From Squalus acanthias (lineage: Eukaryota), in assembly GCA_030390025.1 (NCBI GenBank), contig CM059432.1:128528001-128592000 (forward strand): a DNA stretch of 64,000 bases. Direction: 5' to 3'. Below are positions 51,331 through 64,000 of this stretch, one piece after another. The first letter of the stretch is position 1. Each line of letters starts with the position of its first letter. The notes under the pieces were generated by a model, which saw only the letters and a list, made by a program, of their open reading frames with translations, searched no databases and had not been told where the DNA came from. A program made the position numbers and the translations under genes.

Positions 51331-53107
51331 TAGCGGGTGGAGGGGGGGGGGAGGGCCAGTGAGGAAAACAGTCAAGACTTCTTCCAAGTATTTTAATTCC
51401 ACTTTTTCCCCTGTTCAGCCAAGCAATTAGATGACTAATAAAATGCTGCTGAAATTCTCTGAATATCACTTGTGTGAAGTCACTCAGTTCTCTTTTTGGC
51501 AGTTGTTCAGAATCTGTGAGAGCATGTAACAGTTCTAATAAGTTCACCCCCATTATTTTTCTCTCTGCCCCCCCACCCTGCACCTCTTGTGCCCGTGACA
51601 GTGTTTTGAGCAGTATTTGCTAACACTAGTCAGTGCAGACTGAGCCTGTTTCCCTCCAGTGACACTTCTAACTGAGTCTGCCTGCCATTGTACTAGGCCA
51701 AGTCTCTCTCGACTCTCTCTGTGCCACTGCTAGTGCTAGACAAGAGATTGCTGGATCCTTCTCTGTCAGCGAGAACTCGCATAAGACCAGGAGTTTCTGC
51801 CGACAGTATGCAGAGACCTGACAATCCCTGCAATTAATGTTAGCAGTGGCACAGAGAGGAAAGAGTCTGGTACGTTACCAGCGGACTCAAGTAGGAGGGG
51901 GTTGAGGAAAGTGGGAAAGGGATGCCAATTAAACAAGAGAGAAAAGGGAACTAAAGCGAAGAGGCAAGGTTGAAATGGGTGGCAATGAATGAGAGAGGGA
52001 AAGGTTAATGGATGGTAATTAAGGGGACAGGATGGGGGCTGAAGCGGGCAGCAGTGCTTGGGAGAAGAAAGGAGAGTGCAAAGATTAGCCAAGAGAGGGT
52101 GGAGGGAGAGAGTCAGACGGAATTTTGGGGGTGGGGTGGGGGCAAGACCGCCATCATCAACTTTCGTGGGATTGGGGTTGGAAAGAATGCAAGAACTGGG
52201 GCAGTGGAACCTAACTAGTCTGGAGAGAGAGAAGTGTGCCAGGTCGAATTGTTTTGTGAGAGACTGTGCCTGTGACAGAATGGGGAGACGGTTGTGGTAC
52301 ATTATATCTGTGCACTGAGCCTGGAGGGGATAGAATGCCTTTGTGAGCTGGGGTAGTGGAGAGTTAGATGTGGGAGACTGACTTGTTGAAGTAACTTTGG
52401 GTAAACGATGGTCTGGTTGGTTTGTTGAAAGTACAAATGCTACTTTGTTTTCATTTTTGTAAAATAAAAATCTATGAATTATGAAGTAAAAAAGTGCTTA
52501 AAATCAAACAAAATGCATAATTTCTAACATAAACATTCATATTTTATGGGGGGTGGAGGGTTCGGGGGCAATATTTGAGTTTCCCCATCGGGCTTTTATC
52601 TAGTTATATCTTTTCCCCTCCATTACAAGGGAAGGCATGTTATTTATACCTACCGATTAAGGTACCAAGCATGTGCAGTGCTTGTTTCTACATGTCAAGG
52701 ATGTTATTGATTTGTCAGCTTTTTTTGAGGCTGTGTCATCTTCTCTGAAGGTGTTGGGCCAGTTTTTGCTACTTTCCTCGGTTGGTAAGTATACATACAT
52801 AGTGTTCTGCTTCACGGCTTGGAGAGAGGGGAAAGTTGGTCCATTGCCAGGCTTCTGTTAAGGTGCACAGGAACAGATGTTAAGGGATCCAGTGCAGCAG
52901 CCCAGGGTCGCTCACCCTGGACATTTTCTCTTGGTGTGCTGAAAATGCTGGACCTGCCTCTGGTGGGAATGAGGTAATCACAGTCAGTTTTGGCGTGAAA
53001 TTCATGCTGCTCCATTCCATAGTGCAGCACATTGGTGTCCCTTGATACTAATATTAGTGCAAATTTTACTTTTTCAACTTCAATGTATCTCTCGCATCAA
53101 TATTTTA

Positions 53108-53910
53108 CACAGCAACAACAACTTGCATTTATATCGCGCCTTTAACATAGCAAAACGTCCCAAGGCACTTCAGAGGGGCGTTATCAAACAAATTTTGACA
53201 CCGAACCACATAAGGGGCATTAGGACAGATGACCAAAAGCTTGGTCAAAGAGGTAGGTTTTAAGGAGCGTCTTAAAGGAGGAGGGAGAGGCGGAGACATT
53301 TAGGGAGGGAATTCCAGAGCTTCTAGCCTAGACAGCTGAAGGCACGGCCGCCAATGGCAGGGTGATGGAAATTGGGGATGCTCAAGAGGCCAGAATTGGA
53401 GGAGAGTAGAGTACACGGAGGGTTGTAACCCTGGAGGAGGTTACAGAAATAGGTCGGGTTTGAACACAAGGATGCAGATTTTAAATTCGAGATGTTGCCG
53501 GACCAGGAGCCAATGTAGGTCAGTGAGCACAGGGGTAATGAGTGGACGGGACTTGTTGCGAGTTCGGATACAGGCAGCAGAGTTTTGGATGAACTGAGGT
53601 TTACGGAGGTGGAAGATGGGAAGCTGGCCAAGAAAGCATTAGAATAGTCGAGTCTGGAGGTAACAAAGGCATGGATGACAGTTTAAGCAGCCGTTAGGCT
53701 GAGGCAGAGGTGGAGACGGGCAATATTACGGAGGTGGAAATAGGCAGTCTTAGTGAAGGAGGGGATATGGGGTCAGAAGTTCAGCTCAGGTTCAAATAGG
53801 GCGGCGAGGTTTCGGATGGTCTGGTGCAACCTGAAACGAGGGCCAGGGAGAGGGTTGGAGTTGGTGGCTAGGGAACAGAATTTGTGGCAGGGACTGAAGA
53901 CAATGGTTTT
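53108..53910 (-). mobile_element. L2 LINE 3' part
   Basis: caacaacaacttgcatttatatc tail; antisense IGGRAFSCLG. Confidence 0.92.
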
Positions 53911-53929
53911 TACAAACAATGCAGTATTA

Positions 53930-54375
53930 GGTGCCAACCATGGCTCAGTGGGAGCTCTCCTGCCTCGGAGTCAGAATGTCATGGGGTCAAGCTGCAATCC
54001 AGAGACTTGAGCACATAAGGTCGGGTTGCACTCTCCAGGGTTCTGTCTTTCGGTTAAAATATTAAACTGAGGCTCCACCTGCCCTCTCAGGTAAATGGAT
54101 GCTAAAGATCCCATGGCACTATTCGAAGAAGAACAAGGGAATTCAGCCGTTGTCCTGGCCAATATTTATCTCTAAACCAACATCACTAAAAACAGATTTA
54201 TCTGATCATTTATATTAATGCTGTTTGTGGGACCTTGCTGTGTGCAAATTGGCTGCTGCTTTTCCTTTTCTTTTATTACAATAGTGACTATACTTCAGAA
54301 GTACTTCAACGGCTGTGAAGGACTTTGGGACATCCTGAGGTTGTGAAAGGTGCTATATTAATGCAAGTTCTTTCT
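53930..54375 (+). mobile_element. DeuSINE with tRNA-like head
   Basis: tggctcagtgg head, Deu domain, L2-like tail ending aatgcaagttctttc. Confidence 0.85.
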
Positions 54376-54549
54376 TTTCTTTAACATGGCAGGAATGTAG
54401 CAAGGTTGTGAGTGAGGAGATACAAATTGAGATTTGACTTAATCCTTTATAGCCACATAGGGAAGTAATTAATATTGAAGATATGTGGTGGACTGGATGG
54501 TGTCATAGGTTAGACATTGGCCTTTCACTATTGGATCCATGGTTCATAG

Positions 54550-56170
54550 CAAATTAGGATTAAGAGTAGGCCAGTTTGCTCATTGAGCCTGCTCCACCAT
54601 TTTGTTAGCCACAGCAAATTATGTTTTTAATTCCATTACTTGCCTTTCTTCATACCCCTTAATATCCTTACTTTCCAAGTAAGCATCAATCGCTCTTTGA
54701 AACACCCCAATTAATTTTGCATTTGTGGCCTCACATGTGTTCAACATTGACATAACCCTTTGCGTGAAGAACTAGATTCCTGGATTCACTTTTATGCAGT
54801 TTAATTTAGATTATAACATTATGCTCCCTTGTTCTGGATTCCCGAACTAGAGGAAAGAGTCATTCAATCCCCTTCACTATTTTAAACATCTTGATCAGAT
54901 CACCTCTTAACCTCGTCACCTCTAGGGAATATAACCCTGTCCATCCAGGTTCTCGTGACAACTTATTCCCTTCTTATCTGGTATTACCCTAGTGAATTGT
55001 TGCTGGACTTTCTCCAAAACCAGTATATCCTTTCAAAGGTGGGGCACCCAAAACTAAACACAATATTCCAAATTAAGTCTGACCAGCGCTCTCGATACGT
55101 GGAATAGGTACTTCCTTGATTTTATATTCTAAACCCTTGTGATGGAGCCATGTATCCTATTAGCCTTTTTGATTGCTTTTTGCACCTGTGGTTTTTAATG
55201 ATTTATGCACCTGTACCCCTAAATCCCTGTATTTCAATCTGCCATTCTTGCATCTAAAGTGCACTACCTCATACTTTGTTCCATTAAACTGCATCTGCCA
55301 ATGTTCTACCCATTTGTTTAATCTATGTCCGTTTGCAATTTTCTGCTCTCTTCTTCATAGTTCATTATATTTCCAGATTAGTATCATCTGTAAACTTGGA
55401 TATACCTCCTTCTATTCCCAAATAGAGGCTGCGTATTCTGCGGCGAGTTGCTCACCACCTGATTCCTCAAAGCCTCCTCACCACTTACAAGGCACAAGTC
55501 AAGAGTGTGATGGAACACTCTCCACTCACTTGGATAGGTGCTGCTGCAACAACACTCAAGAAGCTCAACACCATCCAGGACAAAGCACTCTGCTTGATCG
55601 GCAACCCATCCACCACTGTAATCATCCACCACCGGTGTACCGTGGCTGCAGTGTGTACCATCTACAAGATGCACTGCAGCAACTCGCCAAGGCTTCTTCG
55701 ACAGCACCTCTCAAATCCATGACCTCTTCCACCTAGAAGGACAAGGGCAGCAGGTGCATAGGAACACCACCACCTGCAAATTCCACTCACTGGGTCAAGA
55801 TCCTGGAACTCCCTACCTAAAAGCATTGTGGGAGTACCTTCATCACACGCACTGCAGCGGTTCAAGAAGAAGAATCACCACCACCTTCTGAAAGGCAACT
55901 GGGATGGACAATAAATGCTGGCCTTGCTAGTGACACCCACATTCCGAGAATTAATTTTTTTAAATCCAGGTCATTTATAAAGAATGAAAAGCTGGGCCCT
56001 AGCACCAATTACTACCCAAGAATACCTTTGTATCTCAACAATTTCCCTACTACCTTCCCAACAATTTTATATCATTCTATGAGTTGCCTCTAATTCCATG
56101 CACCTCAATTTTACCTAACAATCGCTTGTGTGGAACCTTACCTAATGTCTTTTAGAAAATCCACAAATGC
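54550..56170 (-). mobile_element. Old CR1, interrupted by the LINE at 55425-55960
   Basis: CR1 UTR at ~54560 and antisense RT; resumes ~55960 with VLGPSFSFFINDLD. Confidence 0.75.
55425..55960 (+). mobile_element. LINE 3' end, same family as 9860-10365
   Basis: YKAQVKSVMEHSPLTWIGAAATTLKKLNTIQDKA; 3' end ggcaactgggatggacaataaatgctggccttgctag. Confidence 0.85.
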
Positions 56171-56194
56171 TACTGGAAATAAGGCATATAATTT

Positions 56195-56530
56195 TTTAAA
56201 TTCATTCACAGGATGTGGGCATCACTCCCTAATTGCCCTTGAGTGGCTTGCTATGTTATTTCAGAGGGCAGTTAAGAGTCAACCACAGTGTTTTCGATCT
56301 GGAGTCACATATAGGCCAGACCGGGTAAGGACAGCAGATTTCCTTCCCTAAAGGACATTAGTGAACCAGATGGGTTTTTACGACAATCCGGTACTAGCTT
56401 TTTATTCCAGATTTATTTAATTAACTGAATTTAAATTCCCCAGCTGCTCTGGTGGGATGTCCCTGGATTATTAGTCCAGGGTCTGGATTACTAGTCTAGT
56501 AATATTACCACTATGCTACCGTTCCCCCTA
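56195..56530 (-). mobile_element. tRNA-derived SINE (MetaSINE-like central domain)
   Basis: Minus-strand head ggtagcatagtggtaat; core tgtcgtaaaaacccatctggttcactaatgtcctttagggaagg; tail shared with the 55425-55960 LINE. Confidence 0.75.
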
Positions 56531-57399
56531 TATAGGAAGCTATTTTAAAAAAGTGTAACATTTACAAGAAAATTATAAAATTCATCTACATGGTACCATT
56601 TTGTATGTTTGCCAATTCTCTAACAATATTTTGCATTGGAGACCTGTTACTCCGCGAAGCTTCGGTTCATGGGAAATCCCAACTGCATGAAGAGAATCAG
56701 TCAGGCAACTCCTAGATGCATCTGTGCTTACAGCTCCCAGAATTGTTTTTGATGATTGACAGCAACTCTTGTTTTTCACACAGAATACCAATACTTGCTG
56801 CACCCTCCCCTCCATCCAATGATGGAAAAGTACTGGCAGCAGAAAGCCAGGAAGCTATAACTATGGCTTTGAAGGTGAATATGAATATGCTGTTTTGTAG
56901 TAAAATATCAAAGCAGCATAAAGCATGAAGTTTTGAAGTTTTACTGCAGTCACTTTTGACAGGAAAAATTATACAAATAACAGCTGATTATTTATGCAAT
57001 ATATGTTCATTGAAACAACCATGTAACTATTTACTGTTCCAGTGACAGATTCATCCCACTTCCCTCTCTCAGGGATACTGCTCTGGTGTTTGGCTTTTAT
57101 TCCCAATGTGCAGGCTAGCTTTAGGTGATGAGGCCCCTCTGACCCACTGCAATCTTATTAAACCCCAGACAACAACTGAATAAATGCAACTTTTCCCTAT
57201 TCCCTGTGCTACTCCACTAGACAAAGGGATTGTGCAGCGACATGGTTTAGAGCTGTCCTTTCCCTCCATGTTATACGCAGGGGGTTTCTTTCTTTCTTTA
57301 TGTAACTGTGGCATCTGAGGGGAGTGGGTTTCTTCATGTCTCTATCACAAATGGGTAAGGAAAGCACGAATGATTTAATATCCATCAACCCATCAAAAA

Positions 57400-60300
57400 C
57401 GCCGGAACTGATGTCCTAGGGGGAGTGTTTGCTAGTGCTGTTGGGGAGGGTTTAAACTAAAATGGAAGGGGGTTGGAAACCTGTGCAGGGAGACAGAGGA
57501 AAGGGAAGCAAGGATAGAAGCAAAAGACAGGAAGGAGAAAAGCAAAAGTGGCAGTCAGAGAAATCAAGGGTGTAAATCAAACATGGCCACAGTAAATAAT
57601 AATTCTAAAAGGTCTAAGAGTGTTAAAAAAACAAGCCTGAAGGCTTTGTGTCTTAATGCGAGGAACATTTGTAATAAGGTGGATGAATTAGCTGCGCAAA
57701 TAGATGTAAACGGATATGATATAATTGGGATTACGGAGACATGGCTCCAAGGTGACCAAGGCTGGGAATTCAACATCCAGGGGTATTCAATATTCAGGAA
57801 AGACAGGCAAAAAGGAAAAGGAGGTGGGGTAGCATTGCTGGTTAAAGAGGAGATTAACACAATAGTAAGGAAGGATATTAGCTCTGATGATGTGGAATCT
57901 GTATGGGTAGAGCTGAGAAATACCATGGGGCAGAAAACGTTAGTGGGAGTTGTATACAGACTCCCAAACAGTAATGCTGAGGTTGGGGATGGCATTAAAC
58001 GGGAAATTAGAGACGCGTGCAATAAGGGCACAGCAGTTATCATGGGTGACTTTAATCTACATATAGATTGGGCTAACCAAATTAGTAACAATACTGTGGA
58101 GGAGGAATTCCTAGAGTGTATACGGGATGGTTTCCTGGACCAATATGTCGAGGAACCAACTAGAGATCAGGCCATCTTAGACTGGGTATTAAGTAATGAG
58201 AAAGGATTAATTAGCAATCTTATTGTGAGAGGCACCTTGGGGAGGAGCGATCATAATATGATAGAATTCTTCATTAAGATGGAGAGTGAAATAGTTGACT
58301 CAGAGACTAGGGTCCTGAATTTAAATAAAGGAAACTACGATGGTATGAGGCGCGAATTGGCTAGGATGGATTGGGGAATGTTACTTAAAGGGTTGACGGT
58401 GGATAGGCAATGGCAAACATTTAAAGATCGCATGGATGAACTATAGAATTTGTTCATCCCTGTTTGGCATAAAAATAAAACAAAAAAGGTGACTCAACCG
58501 TGGCTAACAAGGGAAATTAGGGATAGCATAAGAGCCAAGGAGAGGACATATAAATTGGCCAGAAAAAGCAGCAAACCTGAGGATTGGGAGCAGTTTAGGA
58601 TTCAGCAAAGGAGGACAAAGGGATTAATTAAGAGGGGGAAAATAGAGTAAGCTTGCAGGGAACATAAAAACTGACTGTAAAAGCTTCTATAGATATGTGA
58701 AGAGAAAAAGATTGGTGAAGTCAAGCATAGGTCCCTTGCAGTCAGAATCAGGGGAATTTATAATGGGGAACAAAGAAATGGCAGACCAATTAAATACATA
58801 CTTTGGTTCTGTCTTCACAAAGGAGGACACAAATAACTTCCCAGAGATGTCGGGGAACATAGGATCTAATGAGAGGGAAGAACTGAATGAAATCAGTATT
58901 TGTAGGGAAATGGTGTTAGGGAAATTGACGGGATTGAAGGCCGATAAATCCCCAGGGCCTGATAATCTACATCCTAGGGTACTTAAGGAAGTGGCCCTAG
59001 AAATAGTAGATGCATTGCTGGTCATCTTCCAAAATTCTATAGACTCTGGAACAGTTCCCATGGATTGGAGGGTAGCTGATGTAACCCCACTATTTAAAAA
59101 AGGTGGGAGAGTGAAAACGGGGAATTATAGACTGGTAAGCCTGACATCGGTAGTGGGGAAAATGCTAGAGTCCATTATAAAAGATGTAATAGCAGAGCAC
59201 TTGGAAAACAGTGACAGGATCGGACAAAGTCAACATGGATTTACAAAAGGTAAATCATGCTTGACTAATCTACTGGAATTTTTTGAGGATGTAACTGGTA
59301 GAATAGATAAGGGAGAACCAGTGGATGTGGTGTATTTGGACTTTCAGAAGGCTTTCGATAAGGTCCCGCATAAGAGATTAGCGTGCAAAGTTAAAGCACA
59401 TGGGATTGGGGGTAAGGTACTGACTTGGATAGAGAACTGGTTGGCAGACTGGAAGCAAAGAGTTGGAATAAATGGGTCTTTTTCCGAGTGGCAGGCAGTG
59501 ACTAGTGGGGTACCGCAGAGATCGGTGCTAGGACCCCAGTTATTCACAATATATATTAATGATCTAGACAAGGGAACTAGATGTAATATCTCCAAGTTTG
59601 CAGACGACACAAAGCTGGGTGGGCGTGTGTGTTGTGAGGAGGATGCAGAGAAACTCCAGTATGATTTCGACAAGTTGGGTGATTGGGCAGATGCATGGCA
59701 GATGCAGTATAATGTGGATAAATGCGAGGTTATCCACTTTGGTGGCAAAAACAGGAAGGCAGATTATTATCTGAACGGCAATAGATTGGGAAAAGGGAAG
59801 TGCAACGAGACCTGGGAGTCCTTGTGCACCAGTCGTTGAAGGTAAACATGCAGGTGCAGCAGGCGGTTAAGAAGGCAAATGGTATGTTGGCCTTCATAGC
59901 GAGAGGATTCGAGTACAGGAGCAAGGATGTCTTGCTGCAGTTGTACAGGGCCTTGGTGAGACCACACCTTGAGTATTGTGTGCAGTTTTGGTCGCCTTAT
60001 CTGAGGAAGGATGTTCTTGCCATGGAGGGAGTGCAGCGAAGATTCACCAGACTGATACCTGGGATGGCAGGAATGACGTATGAAGAGAGATTGGGACGAT
60101 TGGGCTTGTATTCGCTAGAGTTTAGAAGAATGAGAGGGGATCTCATTGAAACTTATAAAATTCTAACAGGACTAGACAGACTAGATGCAGGAAGGATGTT
60201 CCCGATGGCGGGGGAGTCCAGAACCAGGGGTCACAGTCTAAGGATAAGGGGTAAGCCATTTAGGACTGAGATGAGGAGGAATTTCTTCACCCAGAGAGTG

Positions 60301-60535
60301 GTGAACCTGTGGAATTCTCTACCACAGAAGGCAGTTGAGGCCAATTCATTAAATATATTCAAGAAGGAGTTAGATATATTTCTTAAGGCTAAAGGGATCA
60401 AGGGATATGGGGAGAAAGCAGGGACAGGGTACTGAATTTGGATGATCAGCCATGATCTCATTAAATGGCGGGGCAGGCTCGAGGGGCCGAATGGCCTACT
60501 CCTGCTCCTATCTTCTATGTTTCTATGTTTCTATG
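57400..60535 (+). mobile_element. Near-complete CR1 ORF2 (APE + RT) with end of ORF1, young
   Basis: ORFs 57583..58446, 58450..58650, 58697..59839, 59800..60435; only about three disruptions; ttctatgt tail. Confidence 0.96.
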
Positions 60536-61189
60536 CTTGCTTCACTGTTTCTGAATACATCTCTGGCAAACTTTTTTTCCCAAATTCTTTGGGTGGGAAT
60601 GAACACATGTCAGCCAGAGTTCCCTCTTACACTAGTGCCACAGGAGACCCACATTACGTCATTGAAAAATTGTAATGCTGCAATTGGCTTTTGTAGCACA
60701 CACCCTGCCGCTTATAGCGGGTGCGCTCGTCCGAAGGCGATTTGCCCGCTATACGCGATGTCTGGTATAATTGCTGAAATGAACTGCCTCCCCAATGCCA
60801 AAATTAAATTTAACAGCCTATGACAAAAAATGAACAAAAGCAGCAGGCAGTAACATGTCCTCGGCATTTAATATTTAATTTTAAAACGGTGTCGAGCTCA
60901 GCAAGCCGGCAAGAAATGCTCGCAGCAGTGGCAGGTAGGTCTAGAGGTTATTTAAGGTCATTTCTTCTTGTTAGACTTCAAGAAACATTTTTTTTAGGGA
61001 AGGAAAATTAATTCAGGAATGCTCAGAACGAAAGTCCTGCTTGCAAGCAGTGAGTAACTTAATGACCGGTAATTGCGAGGTGTGAACAACTGCTTGAACT
61101 GCCCAAAATAGTCGCCGCACTTAATACGGTTTAAGTGGCGCCTTTTTAATTGACGACTATGGTACTGGAAATGGTCAGCGACATTTGCC

Positions 61190-61590
61190 TCATGCACCTT
61201 GATTTTAACATTTTCATTCTTGTTTTCAAATCCCTCCATGGCCTTGCCGCGCCCCCCCATCTCTGTAACCTCCTCCCGCCCTACAACCCTCAAATATCAC
61301 TGCGCTCCTCCAATTCTGGCCTCTTGAGCATCCCAGATTTTAATCGCTCCACCATTGGTGACTGTGCTTTCAGCTGTCTAGTCCCTAAGTTGTGGAATTC
61401 CCTCCCTAAACCTCTACTGTCTCTCTACCCCTCTCTCCTCTTTTAATATGTTCCTTAAAACCTACCTCTTAACTGTCCCAATATTTCCTTATGCGGCTCG
61501 GTGCCAAATTTTGTCTGATAACGCTCCTGTAAAGCACCTTGAGACATTTTACTACATTAAAGGCGCTATATAAATGTAAGTTGTTGTTGA
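61190..61590 (+). mobile_element. L2 LINE 3' fragment
   Basis: ILVFKSLHGLA...PKLWNSLPK; aagttgttgttg tail. Confidence 0.9.
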
Positions 61591-63192
61591 TATAGATGGC
61601 TGTCTGGGATAAGCTGGGATAGTGTAAGTGATGGGGACTGTATTGTAAAATCTCCGCCACCCTCACACACAGCAGTCCTTTTGAACTTATGATTCAGTTT
61701 CCAGCGGCTCTGTTATGTATCCATTTTTCCCCTTTCTCCTTTTTTTCCACCAATATTCTCTGCTCACTGCTGCCTTCCTGAAGGCACTAATTGCTTACTG
61801 GGGTACAGTTCCACCAGCGTGCAAGAGCTCATTCTTCATGCATGAGGCAAGACAATGAGTGTCAGCAAGTGATTTGACTGTCAATTGTGATATTGTCCTC
61901 ACCACACACATGGGTTTAAACTCAGCTTGGACGGTAGTGCGAAATGGGCGCCAGCATATCGGCAGCCCAATTTGCTTTTGACTTCAAATGGAAGACAAGA
62001 GAAAATTATACCCCACAGACACTTTTCAGCACTTGATAATGGTCAGCCGCAGTGAACCTGGCTGATTTTTCCTTCCCTAGCCTTGCAGTGTGAAGGTCCA
62101 TTGTCATGACTCAACTATATTCAACTAGCTTAGCAAAGACTGGCGATCACAACTGCAACTTCTCTGGTCACTCCAGTTTAGGTATTCAGCGGTCTAACTT
62201 TAACATTGTTGCGCATAAAATCGGCGCAACACTAATCAATTGAACAGAGGCTTGCACGGGCTTTCGGGCCACTGCTAAATTGGTTGTGGCCTTTTTTGTT
62301 AGGTAGCCATGACAGCCGCCTGCAAAGCGCAGACCTCATTTCAATATTGAAATGAAGCCCCTGTGTACATTGCAGACCCAGATTGGTAAATCGATGACCA
62401 AGCACCAATTGACATTTCCAGGTCTTAAGCTGCCTAAGCAGTGATCTTTAAAGGGACTGTTCAAAAAAGTCCCAAAAACTTGGAACATTTTAATATTTTC
62501 TGGAGTTGGAAGGTTGCAAGATTGCACCTTTCTGGCTCCATAAAACAACTGTGGGCTGCTGCTGACCCACTCTCGTCCCCCTCCCTCCCCCCTCCCGGAC
62601 ATACCACTGGGCCTCGGCGTGGGGTGAAATTGGTATGGCCCCGACAGGCGAGCTACATCAGGGTGCCTCATTGACGTCTGCAGCACACCTGATTTATTCT
62701 GATGAGGCCCGATGATGAATTTACTTTGGTCCTTGGCCTCTCTGTTTCAGCACGCTGTCGAAATTGCTCTCAGTTTGGGCAGTAAGGAATTCAGGCCCCC
62801 TACCATCTTAGCCAGTCGAGCCATTGAGAAAGCCCCTGAGCACCTTGTCCTTCAGCTATACATCTCCCTTCAGCTCATTCAGTACTTTTCCCAATATTTT
62901 CATACATAGGATGATGAACTCAATGATCAAAAATAACACTCAGCTCCATGGTATCGTTATTTTTTACCAAAACAACTGGCATGGTTAAACAATCAATACA
63001 GATGTGTTCTGTAGTACGATATTGCCTTTTTTAACCACTGCTTTAGTTAGTCCACTATATGGCCTCTGCAATCTATTGACATGCAGCAAATCATAACCAA
63101 TAACAATATGAAACTGCTTATATTTTGCTAAATATTGAATTATAATGAGAAATATGCAAAAAAGCATGGAAAATAAAATGCTTGCTGATATT

Positions 63193-63565
63193 TAGAAAAA
63201 TAGAATCTAGGAGCAGGAGTAGACCATTCGGCCCGTCGAGCCTGCTCCACCATTCAATACGATCATGGCTGATCATCCAAATCCAGCACCCTGTCCCTGC
63301 TTTAATCCCCACAATACACATATCCCACCCTACCCCCATAACCCCACGTATTTAATTCCCCCTAACATATCCCATCCTATCCCCATAACCCCACATATTT
63401 AATCCCCCCCTAACACTAAGGGTCAATTTTTTTATCATAGCCAAATCAACCTAACCCGCACATTTTTGGACTGTGGGAGGAAACCGGAGCACCCGGAGGA
63501 AACCCACGCAGACACGGGGAGAATGTGCAAACTCCACACAGACAGACAGTCACCCGAGGTCAGAT
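63193..63565 (-). mobile_element. Headless V-SINE joined to a CR1 3' end
   Basis: V domain 63420-63560, ~47-bp tandem duplication 63318-63412, CR1 tail 63193-63315. Confidence 0.85.
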
Positions 63566-64000
63566 TTCTTGGTGAACCGATGATAATGGAATACCCTGTT
63601 GGAGGTAAGTGAAGGCAAACTTGTGGGAAATGGCTGACAGGAATTGGGTGTTCACAGTGCCTTCTCCATGTATTTATGTCTGTTTATGCCTGTCTGTGTC
63701 TTACTGTGACATAATTGGAAGGCATTACTGGTGGCCGTAATGCACATGCCAATCGTGGCACCCTAATCAGCGTGCGCTGTTAGAGTTTTTGCCAGCTTGG
63801 GTTAGAAGTGTTAAATGTCGTACCAATCAACCACTGATCTGTCCCTTATTTATAACGCTATGCGTGGGTGGGTGTGATGAGGTGGGCATGTGGCATTCTG
63901 TACAGTGCAGTACACATCCCACACATGAGTCATAGAGTCATAATGGTAGAGCAATCCAGTCAGTCCCATAACCCCACTCTATCCCCATAGCCTTGCAAGT

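Noticed and set aside
51766..52302. 178-aa - strand ORF
   Set aside because: Low-complexity Pro/Leu/Ser product of a purine-rich tract; no recognisable domain or splice structure
60680..62800. Further CpG-rich MITE-like patches (60680-61180, 62170-62780)
   Set aside because: Composition is suggestive but I could not identify matching TIRs, so they are not called

Overview
Eukaryotic genomic DNA from a vertebrate, most likely a shark or other cartilaginous fish. This is inferred from the repeat set (HE1-like V-SINE, SacSINE1-like DeuSINE, shark-type CR1/L2) and was not tested. The only host gene I can support is CYRIB (FAM49B) on the + strand. Nine coding exons (3397-31037, 902 nt, all AG/GT bounded and phase-compatible) encode residues ~25-324. 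The first coding exon (MGNLLK...) is not in the window. The rest is intron or downstream intergenic DNA rich in CR1 and L2 LINEs, a third LINE family, three SINE families, PIF/Harbinger relics and MITEs, and a 4.6-kb 23-nt minisatellite. Most ORFs in the track are TE fragments or spurious. The most interesting observations are a multi-level nested TE stack in one intron, three SINE/LINE tail partnerships plus a tail-swapped SINE, a decayed hammerhead-ribozyme motif, an unexplained 76-bp inverted-repeat element, and co-oriented CTCF-like motifs downstream of CYRIB. I found no convincing novel protein-coding system. TE boundaries are approximate and family names come from recall, not database searches.
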